In this document: piece after piece, positions 1 to 7,278 of the stretch
How the letters are laid out: every line of letters starts with the position of its first letter
How positions within the stretch are numbered: position 1 is the stretch's first letter
From: Phycisphaera mikurensis NBRC 102666
GTDB taxonomy: Bacteria; Planctomycetota; Phycisphaerae; Phycisphaerales; Phycisphaeraceae
DNA length: 32,000 nucleotides
Assembly: GCF_000284115.1 (NCBI RefSeq)
Contig: NC_017080.1
Coordinates: 3,000,001 to 3,032,000, forward strand
Direction: 5' to 3'
Notes under the pieces: model-generated
Told to the model about the DNA's origin: nothing
Seen by the model: the letters and a program-made list of their open reading frames with translations, nothing else
Database searches by the model: none
Translations under genes and position numbers: made by a program

Positions 1-633
1 CAGCTCATGTGCGAGCTGGCGAAGCAGCACAAGATGGTGCTGGTCGTGCCGATCTACGAGGAGGAGCTGCCCGGCGTCTACTACAACACCGCCGCGGTGA
101 TCGACGCCGACGGGACCTACCTGGGCAAGTTCCGCAAGATCCACATCCCCCACTGCCAGCCGGGCTTCTTCGAGAAGTTCTACTTCCGGCCGGGGAACCT
201 GGGCTACCCGGTGTTCGACACCGCGGTGGGCAAGGTGGGCGTCTACATCTGCTACGACCGCCACTTCCCCGACGGCGCCCGCTGCCTGGGGCTCAACGGG
301 GCGGAGATCGTCTTCAACCCCAGCGCCACGGTCGCGGGCCTCTCCGAGTACCTGTGGAAGCTGGAGCAGCCGGCCCACGCGGTGGCGAACCAGTACTTCG
401 TCGGCGCGATCAACCGCCCCGGCAACGAGGCCCCGTGGAACATCGGCGAGTTCTACGGCCAGAGCTACTTCTGCGACCCGCGGGGTCAGTTCATCGCCCA
501 GACCGAGGAGCGAACCGCCGACGCCATCGTCATCGCCGACATGGACCTGGACCTCATCCGCGAGGTCCGCAACACCTGGCAGTTCTTCCGCGACCGGAGG
601 CCGGAGACGTACGGCGCGTTGGTTGCGCCTTGA
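1..633 (+). CDS. Carbon-nitrogen hydrolase (nitrilase superfamily), beta-ureidopropionase / N-carbamoyl-putrescine amidase-like, 5'-truncated by window edge
   Basis: Frame open from base 1 (Q L M C E L A...). Nitrilase signatures: catalytic Lys in GKFRKIHIPH, catalytic Cys in VGVYICYDRHFPDGAR, and GAEIVFNPSAT. Context is a pyrimidine-degradation cluster. Confidence 0.9.
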   Translation, partial: QLMCELAKQHKMVLVVPIYEEELPGVYYNTAAVIDADGTYLGKFRKIHIPHCQPGFFEKFYFRPGNLGYPVFDTAVGKVGVYICYDRHFPDGARCLGLNGAEIVFNPSATVAGLSEYLWKLEQPAHAVANQYFVGAINRPGNEAPWNIGEFYGQSYFCDPRGQFIAQTEERTADAIVIADMDLDLIREVRNTWQFFRDRRPETYGALVAP

Positions 634-644
634 AGGTTGTGCGC

Positions 645-902
645 GCAGCGCTTCGCTTGAACACAGAGGACGCAGAGGCACAGAGAGGAAGGCGAGCATG
701 CCCTGCCTCCCCGCTTCGCCGGCCGATCGCAAAACCGCGGATCGTCGAGGAAAAGCCTTGAAAACGATCAGGATCCGCGGCTCCTCGCTCTCTGTGCCTC
801 CTCGGTGGCCTCCTCGGAAGGAAGGCTGCTTCCGCCTCGAGGCGCAGCCATTCGGTCGCCACGGCGACCGCCTCCGTGACCTCTGTGATGGAGCGAAGCG
901 AC
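645..902. repeat. ACAGAGG-type inverted-arm intergenic element, copy A
   Basis: Left arm GCAGCGCTTCGCTTGAACACAGAGGACGCAGAGGCACAGAGAGG. Degraded right arm CTCTCTGTGCCTCCTCGGTGGCC...CCTCCGTGACCTCTGTGATGGAGCGAAGCGAC. Arms are imperfect reverse complements around a unique core. Confidence 0.75.
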
Positions 903-922
903 TGCTCGTCCACGGCTGACTC

Positions 923-2332
923 ATGACCACCCCCCGCACGATCCGCTACGGCCTCGACGACGTTCCTCCACCGGGAAGAACCGGGGTGTTCGCGCTGCAG
1001 CACGTGCTGACGATGTTCGGGTCGACGGTGGCGGTGCCGCTGCTGCTGGCCGGGCCGCTGGGGCTGGACACGGCGGGGACGGCTCTGCTCATCAGCAGCG
1101 TCATGCTCTGCTCGGGCGTGGCGACGCTGCTGCAGTCGACGTTCGGGTCGCGCCTGCCGCTGATCCAGGGCGTGAGCTTCTCGCACCTGGGGCCGTTCCT
1201 GGCGATCATCGCCGGCGTCGCGGCCACCGGCGACGCCTCGCCCGGCGCCGCGATGCCGTGGATCGCCGGGGCGATCATCGGCGGGGCGCTGGTGGAGATG
1301 GGCATCGGCTTCAGCGGGCTGATGGGCCAGGTCCGCAAGGTGCTCTCCCCGGTGGTCGTCGGTCCGGTCATCACGCTGATCGGCCTGGCGCTCTACCAGG
1401 CCGGCGCCCCCGTCGCGTCGCAGGACTGGCCGATCGCCGTGCTGACGATCGCGCTGATCGTGCTCTTCGCTTTCGTGCTCGCGCGGAAGACGCACCCGGC
1501 GGCGAGCCTCTTCGCGATGTTCCCGATGCTGCTGGCGATCCTCACCGCCGTGGCGGTGTGCGCGCTGCTGACCCTCGCCGGCGTCTACGGCTCGGATCAT
1601 CCCGCCCGGCCCGACCTCTCGGCCTTCCGCGAAGCGGATTGGGTGCGGACCACGACGCTGGTGCTGCCCTGGGGCGTGCCTCAGTTCTCGCTGGGCTTCT
1701 TCGTGGCGATCCTGGCCGGTTACCTCGGCTCGATGATCGAGAGCTTCGGCGACTACCACGCGGTGAAGCAGGCCAGCGGCGCCGGCAACCCGACGCCCAG
1801 GGAGATCAGCCGCGGCATCGGGTTCGAGGGCGTTGGCTGCGCGATCACGGGCCTGCTCGGCGGCTTCTCGTCCACGAGCTACAGCGAGAACGTCGGGCTG
1901 GTCGGGCTCACGGGCGTCGCCAGCCGGCGGGTCGTGCAGGTGGCGGCGGTGATCCTGGTCCTGCTGGGCGTCTTCGGCAAGTTCGGCGCCCTCGCCGCCG
2001 CGATCCCCGGCCCGGTCGTGGGCGGCCTGTACTGCGCCATGTTCGGCCTGATCGCCGCCGTGGGCATCCGCCAGTTCGCCCGCTGCGACCTCTCCAGCGA
2101 CCGCAACCTGTTCATCGGCGGCTTCGCGCTGTTCATGGGTTTGAGCGTGCCGTACTACTTCGCCAACGGCGGCAGCGACGCCGTCACTACCGCCCTGCCC
2201 GCGTGGGCCGCCGGCCTCGTCAACGCCCTGGGCTCCACCGGCATGGCCGTCGGCGCCATCCTCGGCTTGTTGCTCGACAACCTCGTCCCCGGAACGGACC
2301 GCGAGCGTGGTTTGGTGGAGGAAGCGTCGTGA
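923..2332 (+). CDS. Uracil-xanthine permease family (NCS2) transporter
   Basis: 469 aa multi-TM protein. Contains VPLLLAGPLGLDTAGTALLISSVMLCSGVATLLQ, SYSENVGLVGLTGVASR and GLYCAMFGLIAAVGI, typical of the UraA/NCS2 family. Confidence 0.92.
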   Translation: MTTPRTIRYGLDDVPPPGRTGVFALQHVLTMFGSTVAVPLLLAGPLGLDTAGTALLISSVMLCSGVATLLQSTFGSRLPLIQGVSFSHLGPFLAIIAGVAATGDASPGAAMPWIAGAIIGGALVEMGIGFSGLMGQVRKVLSPVVVGPVITLIGLALYQAGAPVASQDWPIAVLTIALIVLFAFVLARKTHPAASLFAMFPMLLAILTAVAVCALLTLAGVYGSDHPARPDLSAFREADWVRTTTLVLPWGVPQFSLGFFVAILAGYLGSMIESFGDYHAVKQASGAGNPTPREISRGIGFEGVGCAITGLLGGFSSTSYSENVGLVGLTGVASRRVVQVAAVILVLLGVFGKFGALAAAIPGPVVGGLYCAMFGLIAAVGIRQFARCDLSSDRNLFIGGFALFMGLSVPYYFANGGSDAVTTALPAWAAGLVNALGSTGMAVGAILGLLLDNLVPGTDRERGLVEEAS

Positions 2333-2368
2333 GGAGGAAAAGAACTTCGTGGTTCGATTCCCTCACGC

Positions 2369-2558
2369 GCAGCGCTGCGCTGGAACACAGAGAGCACGGA
2401 GGCACAGAGGCCACAGAGAGAGGCACAGAGGGAGGAAGACGAAAGCGGTGCTTCCCCAACTTGTCTTCGTGCCTCCACAAACGCTCTTCCCCTTTCTTCT
2501 CTGTGCCTTCCTCTGTGGCCTCTGTGCCTCTGAGTCCTCTGTGATTGAGCGAAGCGAA
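2369..2558. repeat. ACAGAGG-type inverted-arm intergenic element, copy B
   Basis: Left arm GCAGCGCTGCGCTGGAACACAGAGAGCACGGAGGCACAGAGGCCACAGAGAGAGGCACAGAG. Right arm CTCTGTGCCTTCCTCTGTGGCCTCTGTGCCTCTGAGTCCTCTGTGATTGAGCGAAGCG. Confidence 0.85.
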
Positions 2559-2575
2559 CGCCCCGACGCAGCCCC

Positions 2576-4000
2576 ATGCCCCCCACCACCGCCCCCCAAG
2601 CAGAACGGACGATCGAGCTTCCGCAGTTCGATCACCAGCCCCGGCCCTACGACGGGCCGAGCCGGGAGGAGGTGCTGGCTTTGCGGCAGCGGTACGTGAA
2701 CCCCGGGGTGCTCACGTACTACCGCGAGCCGCTGATGATCGTCGAGGGGGCGATGCAGTACCTCTACGACGAGACCGGCAAGCGGTACCTCGACGCCTTC
2801 GCGGGCATCGTCACCGTGAGCGTCGGCCACTGCCACCCGCACGTTGCCGCCGCGGTGAAGGAGCAGGCCGGCACGCTGCAGCACGCCACGACGATCTACC
2901 TGCACCCGACGCTGCCGAGGTTCGCGGAGAAGCTGGCTTCGAAGATGCCGACCGGCCCGAACGGCACGCCGCTGGACAGGACCTACTTCACCAACTCCGG
3001 CAGCGAAGCCAACGAGCTCGCCGTGCTCATGGCCCGCGAGGCGACCGGGAACCAGCACGTGATCGGCCTCCGCAACGGCTACCACGGCGGCACGCCCAAC
3101 ACGATGGGCCTCACCGCCCACGGCACCTGGAAGTTCCCCAGCAACGCCCCCGGCGGCATCGCCCACACGCACCCGGGCTACTGCTACCGCTGCCCGTACG
3201 ACCTTGCGTACCCGTCCTGCGAGATGAAGTGCGCCAAGGACGTCGCCAACGTCATCGCCTACGAGACGCCCGGCCAGGTCGCCTGCTTCATCGGCGAGCC
3301 GATCCAGGGCGTGGGCGGCGCGGTGCTGCCGCCGAAGGAGTTCTTCGGCATCGTCTACGACGCGGTGCGGGCCGCCGGCGGGCTGTGCGTCGCCGACGAG
3401 GTGCAGGGCGGCTTCGGCCGCACCGGCGAGCACTACTGGAGCCACCAGCACTTCGGCGTGCAGCCCGACCTGGTCGTGATGGCCAAGGGCATCGGCAACG
3501 GCGCCCCGCTGGCGGCGGTGACGACCACCGAGGCCACCGCCGCGACGATGACCAAGCGGATCCACTTCAACACCTACGGCGGCAACCCGGTGTCGATGGC
3601 CTCGGGCCTGGCGACGCTGGAGGTCATCGACGCCGAGGGCATCCAGGAGAACGCCCGCGTCGTCGGCGGTCGCCTGAAGGAGGGCCTGCTGGAACTCCGG
3701 GACAAGCACGACCTCATCGGCGACGTCCGCGGCCTGGGGCTCATGCTCGGCGTGGAGCTGGTGACCGACCGCGTCGCGAAGACGCCCGCCAAGCAGGAGG
3801 CCGCCGACCTCATGGAGCTCGCCAAGGAGCGCGGCCTGATCCTGGGCAAGGGCGGCCTGCACGGCAACACGATGCGCATCAAGCCGCCCATGTGCATCTC
3901 CAAAGACGACGCCGACTTCCTCCTCGCCACCGTCGACGAGTGCCTCGGGATCATCGAGGAGAAGGCCCGCCACGGCTCTTCCTGGAAGGCGGGGGCGTGA
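2576..4000 (+). CDS. Class III PLP-dependent aminotransferase (alanine-glyoxylate aminotransferase 2 / beta-alanine aminotransferase-like)
   Basis: 474 aa. FTNSGSEANELAV, CVADEVQGGFGRTG and VVMAKGIGNGAPLAAV (PLP lysine) are class III hallmarks. Confidence 0.93.
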   Translation: MPPTTAPQAERTIELPQFDHQPRPYDGPSREEVLALRQRYVNPGVLTYYREPLMIVEGAMQYLYDETGKRYLDAFAGIVTVSVGHCHPHVAAAVKEQAGTLQHATTIYLHPTLPRFAEKLASKMPTGPNGTPLDRTYFTNSGSEANELAVLMAREATGNQHVIGLRNGYHGGTPNTMGLTAHGTWKFPSNAPGGIAHTHPGYCYRCPYDLAYPSCEMKCAKDVANVIAYETPGQVACFIGEPIQGVGGAVLPPKEFFGIVYDAVRAAGGLCVADEVQGGFGRTGEHYWSHQHFGVQPDLVVMAKGIGNGAPLAAVTTTEATAATMTKRIHFNTYGGNPVSMASGLATLEVIDAEGIQENARVVGGRLKEGLLELRDKHDLIGDVRGLGLMLGVELVTDRVAKTPAKQEAADLMELAKERGLILGKGGLHGNTMRIKPPMCISKDDADFLLATVDECLGIIEEKARHGSSWKAGA

Positions 4001-4021
4001 TGCGCATTGAGAGTCGTACGA

Positions 4022-4230
4022 GCAGCGCTTCGCTTGGACACAGAGGACGCGGAGGCACAGAGGCCACAGAGAGAGGCACAGAGCGACGGAGAAACAATTA
4101 CTCCGAGCAGCGGGCAGGCTGTCGATGGATCCAGACAGCACGCCAAGCGGTCTGAAGACGCGGCATCCTGCCTCTGTGCCTCTCTCTGTGACCTCTGTGC
4201 CTCTGTGCTCTCTGTGATGGAGCGAAGCGA
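4022..4230. repeat. ACAGAGG-type inverted-arm intergenic element, copy C (best preserved)
   Basis: Left arm GCAGCGCTTCGCTTGGACACAGAGGACGCGGAGGCACAGAGGCCACAGAGAGAGGCACAGAG (from 4022). Reverse complement of the right arm (4171..4230): TCGCTTCGCTCCATCACAGAGAGCACAGAGGCACAGAGGTCACAGAGAGAGGCACAGAGG. Confidence 0.88.
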
Positions 4231-4278
4231 CCGCCCGCAGAAAGAACGAGCTACCGGCCCCGCACCCCAAGAACGATC

Positions 4279-5463
4279 ATGCCAACCCTCGAAACCACCG
4301 TCGACGGGATCACGTTCCCGAATCCGTTCCTGATCGGCTCCGGCCCGCCGGGAACGAACCAGAAGGTCATCAAGAAGGCGTTCCAGGAGGGCTGGGGCGG
4401 CGTCATCGCCAAGACGGTCTCGCTGGACGCGAGCAAGGTGACCAACGTCGCGCCGCGCTACGGGAAGCTCACGGGGGAAAACAAGAAGGAGGTCTTCGGC
4501 TGGGAGAACATCGAGCTGATCGCGACCACCAGCTTCGAGGACTGGCTCGACGACTTCCGCGCCTGCAAGGACGCGTACCCGGACCGCCCGCTGATCGCCT
4601 CGATCATGGAGGAGCATTCCCGCGACGCGTGGGCCGAGGTCGTCGGCCGCTGCGAGGAGGCGGGTGTCGACGGCTTCGAGCTGAACTTCTCGTGCCCGCA
4701 CGGCCTGCCCGAACGCAAGATGGGCGCGGCCATGGGCGAGAACCCCGACCTCGTCGAGGAGGTCACCGGCTGGGTGATGGCCGCCGCGAGCACGCCGGTC
4801 TGGGCGAAGATGACGCCCAACGTCACGCGCATCGAAGACCCCTCGCGGGCCGCCCTGTCCGCGGGTGCCCACGGCGTCTCGGTCATCAACACGATCCGCA
4901 GCATCATCGGCGTGGACCTGAAGTCGCTGCGGCCGATGCCCACCGTCGAGGGCCACACCACGCCGGGCGGCTACTCCTCGGTCGCCGTGAAGCCGATCGC
5001 GCTGCGCATGGTGATGGAGTGCCGCCGGCTGATCGACGCGGATTTCGGCGGCCGCTCGATCTCGGGCATCGGCGGCATCGAGACCGGCCACGACGCGGCG
5101 GAGTTCATCCTCCTGGGGGCGGACACCGTGCAGGTGTGCACCGGCGTCATGAAGAAGGGGTACCGCATGATCGGCCCGATGCTCGAGGAGCTGCTGGGCT
5201 TCATGGATCAGCACGGCTTCGAGACGCTCGACGACTTCAAGGGCCACGCCGTCCCCTACGTGACCACGCACGCCGAGCTGGTGCGCCTCCAGGCCGAGGC
5301 GCAGGACCGCAAGCGGGCGCGGGTCGCCGAGGAGATGGCGCTCAAGGAGAAGGCGAAGGCGCAGGAAGAGCTGATCGCCGCCGGCAAGGAAGCCGTCGTC
5401 CGCGACGAGAACTGGGACGAAGACGCTTTCGTGGAGCAGAGCGACGAGCTGGCGGGGGGTTGA
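4279..5463 (+). CDS. preA: NAD-dependent dihydropyrimidine dehydrogenase, PreA-like catalytic subunit, lacking a C-terminal 4Fe-4S domain
   Basis: 394 aa. NPFLIGSGPPG start region, ELNFSCPHGLPERKMGAAMG (catalytic Cys loop of the DPD/PreA family), ISGIGGIETGHDAAEFILLGADTVQVCTGVM (FMN phosphate-binding). Confidence 0.9.
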   Translation: MPTLETTVDGITFPNPFLIGSGPPGTNQKVIKKAFQEGWGGVIAKTVSLDASKVTNVAPRYGKLTGENKKEVFGWENIELIATTSFEDWLDDFRACKDAYPDRPLIASIMEEHSRDAWAEVVGRCEEAGVDGFELNFSCPHGLPERKMGAAMGENPDLVEEVTGWVMAAASTPVWAKMTPNVTRIEDPSRAALSAGAHGVSVINTIRSIIGVDLKSLRPMPTVEGHTTPGGYSSVAVKPIALRMVMECRRLIDADFGGRSISGIGGIETGHDAAEFILLGADTVQVCTGVMKKGYRMIGPMLEELLGFMDQHGFETLDDFKGHAVPYVTTHAELVRLQAEAQDRKRARVAEEMALKEKAKAQEELIAAGKEAVVRDENWDEDAFVEQSDELAGG

Positions 5464-5566
5464 GGCCCGGCGGAGCCTTGCTCGGAAAAGATCCAGCAAG
5501 CAGCGCCTCCGCGATCCTCTCGACCCCCAAAGAACCCTGGACCCTGAAGGGGGACCCTGAGAAGGA

Positions 5567-5648
5567 CCCGGAAAAGGTGACAGCCACCGATTCCGCCGTT
5601 AGACCCGGAAAAGGCGGGAAAGGTGACAGCCACCGATTCCGCCGTTAG
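5567..5648. repeat. Two direct copies of the RAYT-flanking repeat upstream of the transposase
   Basis: ACCCGGAAAAGGTGACAGCCACCGATTCCGCCGTTAG (5567..5602) and ACCCGGAAAAGGCGGGAAAGGTGACAGCCACCGATTCCGCCGTTAG (5603..5648). GGTG-ACAGC-CACC forms a small hairpin. Confidence 0.92.
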
Positions 5649-5657
5649 CGTCACTTC

Positions 5658-6344
5658 ATGAGCAGACCACGCCGGCTGACCGTCGGGAACCTCGTGTACC
5701 ACGTGATCCACCGAGGCAACGGGCGCATGACGATCTTCGAGGACGAGGAGGACATGGACGCCTTCGAGCGTGTGCTCGAAGAGGCGCTGGCGCTGCATCC
5801 ATCCATGCGGATGATCGCCCACTGCGTGATGCCGAATCACTGGCACCTGGTGCTCTACCCCAGCGAATCGAAGGTCCTCTCGAAGTTCGTCGCGTGGGTG
5901 GCATCAACGCACACGCGACGTTGGCACGCGCACCGGCACCAAACTGGCGAGGGCCACCTGTACCAAGGCCGCTTCCGCTCTTTTCTGGTGCAGAAGGGTC
6001 CCCCGGTGGCCAAGGTCTGCCGCTACGTCGAGCGGAACGCGATGCGGGCGGGGTTGGTGGAGCGTGCGGAGGATTGGCGGCACGGCAGCCTCTGGCGATG
6101 GTCCCGAGGCGCCGCCAAGCAGAAGGAGCTTCTGGCGGCCTGGCCGGATCCCCCCGGGCGCCGTCCCGCGGGCTGGCTGGACCTGGTGAACCAGCCGCAG
6201 TCGGACGCGGAGGAGGAGGCCATCCGGGTGTGTCTGCGTCGTGAGCGTCCGTATGGCGACGCGGAGTGGATGGAGACCGTGATCCCGCAGTTCGGCTTGG
6301 TGTCGACGCTTCGGCCCCAAGGACGGCCCCGGAAGGAGGGGTAA
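5658..6344 (+). CDS. REP-associated tyrosine transposase (IS200-like Y1_Tnp domain)
   Basis: 228 aa. VYHVIHRGNGRM start, HCVMPNHWHLVLYP (HUH motif), HLYQGRFRSF, and YVERNAMRAGLVERAEDWRHGSLW (Tyr motif). Confidence 0.93.
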   Translation: MSRPRRLTVGNLVYHVIHRGNGRMTIFEDEEDMDAFERVLEEALALHPSMRMIAHCVMPNHWHLVLYPSESKVLSKFVAWVASTHTRRWHAHRHQTGEGHLYQGRFRSFLVQKGPPVAKVCRYVERNAMRAGLVERAEDWRHGSLWRWSRGAAKQKELLAAWPDPPGRRPAGWLDLVNQPQSDAEEEAIRVCLRRERPYGDAEWMETVIPQFGLVSTLRPQGRPRKEG

Positions 6345-6440
6345 TCGGTGGCTGTAACCTTTTCTTGATCCTTTCCTCGGCCTAATCGGTGGCTGTCACC
6401 TTTTCTTGGTCGGCCTAATCGGTGGCTGTCACCTTTTCTT
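6342..6440. repeat. Three copies of the RAYT-flanking repeat, inverted relative to the upstream pair
   Basis: TAATCGGTGGCTGTAACCTTTTCTT (6342..6366), TAATCGGTGGCTGTCACCTTTTCTT (6383..6407) and TAATCGGTGGCTGTCACCTTTTCTT (6416..6440). The first copy supplies the RAYT stop codon (TAA 6342..6344). Confidence 0.92.
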
Positions 6441-6477
6441 GGTCCGCTGCAGCTGCTTCACCCGCCTGCGTTGGGCC

Positions 6478-7215
6478 TCAGCCTCGGACTCCTGAGGTCC
6501 CGCCGGGTGGGTCGTGTTCATGCGGCTGCGAAACTTGAGCAGCGCCGCCCGGGGCGTCGGCGAGATCGAAGCGGAATCCGCCGAGCTCGACGAAGGGCCG
6601 GAAGGCGCCGAAGGAGGTGGCCCGCACCCGCCGCGCGACCTCGTCGGCGGGCATCGCCGGTTCGATGCGGCTGAGGTCGTCGAGGTCGCGACGCGTGTAG
6701 ACGCGGCCGCCCCACCGCTCGGCCGACGCGGGGAGCGGGTCGCCCCGCTGGAGCCGGTCGAACATCTCGTAGAACAGCTGGAGCTGGGCGTCGTAGGTGC
6801 GCTCCAGGAGCGAGGCGACGCCGTCGTGCGGGTACACGGGGAAGCGGCGGACGGCCAGGACCGGGCCGGAATCCACCGCCGGGTGCATGCGGTGGCAGGT
6901 CGCTCCAAAGGTTTCCACGCCCCGGTACAGCGCCTGGTTGATGCCGCCGAAGCCGGGGTAGTCCGGGGTGGCGGGGTGGAAGTTGATCGCGTGCTCTGAC
7001 GCCCGCGCAAGCAGCTCCGCCGGGAGGATCCAGCGGGAGAGGTAGGAGACGATCCACTCACCACGCCAGGCACGGGCGGCATCGGGCAGCTCGTCGCCCC
7101 AGTCGCCGTGGAAGGCGGTGACCAAAGCCCCGGACCGACGGAGCAACGCGAGCGCCTCCGATCCATGGGCATCACCAGCCTTCCCAAGGAACAAGACGCG
7201 AGGTGGCGACTCCAT
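6478..7215 (-). CDS. Formyltransferase family protein (methionyl-tRNA formyltransferase-like fold; possibly amino-sugar N-formyltransferase)
   Basis: From MESPPRVLFLGK (ATG at 7213..7215). Contains AINFHPATPDYPGFGGINQALYRGVETFGATCHRMHPAVDSGPVL, the Asn-His...Asp formyltransferase signature. The longer ORF to 7344 is an upstream extension. Confidence 0.78.
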   Translation of the reverse strand: MESPPRVLFLGKAGDAHGSEALALLRRSGALVTAFHGDWGDELPDAARAWRGEWIVSYLSRWILPAELLARASEHAINFHPATPDYPGFGGINQALYRGVETFGATCHRMHPAVDSGPVLAVRRFPVYPHDGVASLLERTYDAQLQLFYEMFDRLQRGDPLPASAERWGGRVYTRRDLDDLSRIEPAMPADEVARRVRATSFGAFRPFVELGGFRFDLADAPGGAAQVSQPHEHDPPGGTSGVRG

Positions 7216-7278
7216 TGCCGCATCATGCAAACTACGCCAGCCCGCCGCTTTCGGAGCGGCTCCTCGACGAGTGCCTTC

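Larger units (their letters stand above)
5567..6440 (+). mobile_element. REP/RAYT-like unit: single-gene HUH (Y1) transposase bracketed by inverted clusters of the same repeat
   Basis: AAGGTGACAGCCACCGATT x2 upstream. The reverse-oriented AATCGGTGGCTGT(C/A)ACCTT occurs x3 downstream. Confidence 0.85.

Noticed and set aside
2155-2699. ORFs with repetitive peptides such as TQRHRGHRGRHREERG or EHREHGGTEATERGTEGG around the ACAGAGG elements
   Set aside because: They are translations of the non-coding ACAGAGG inverted-arm repeats in both strands, not proteins.
3100-3260. Cys-rich stretch HPGYCYRCPYDLAYPSCEMKCAKD in the class III aminotransferase as a novel metal site
   Set aside because: I recall similar Cys-containing segments in AGXT2-like aminotransferases, so I do not regard it as unusual without an alignment.
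5567-6440. Possible CRISPR-like array because of repeated GGTGACAGCCACC / GGTGGCTGTCACC units
   Set aside because: Only 2 + 3 copies in opposite orientations around a transposase, without regular spacers or cas genes. The RAYT-flanking repeat explanation fits better.
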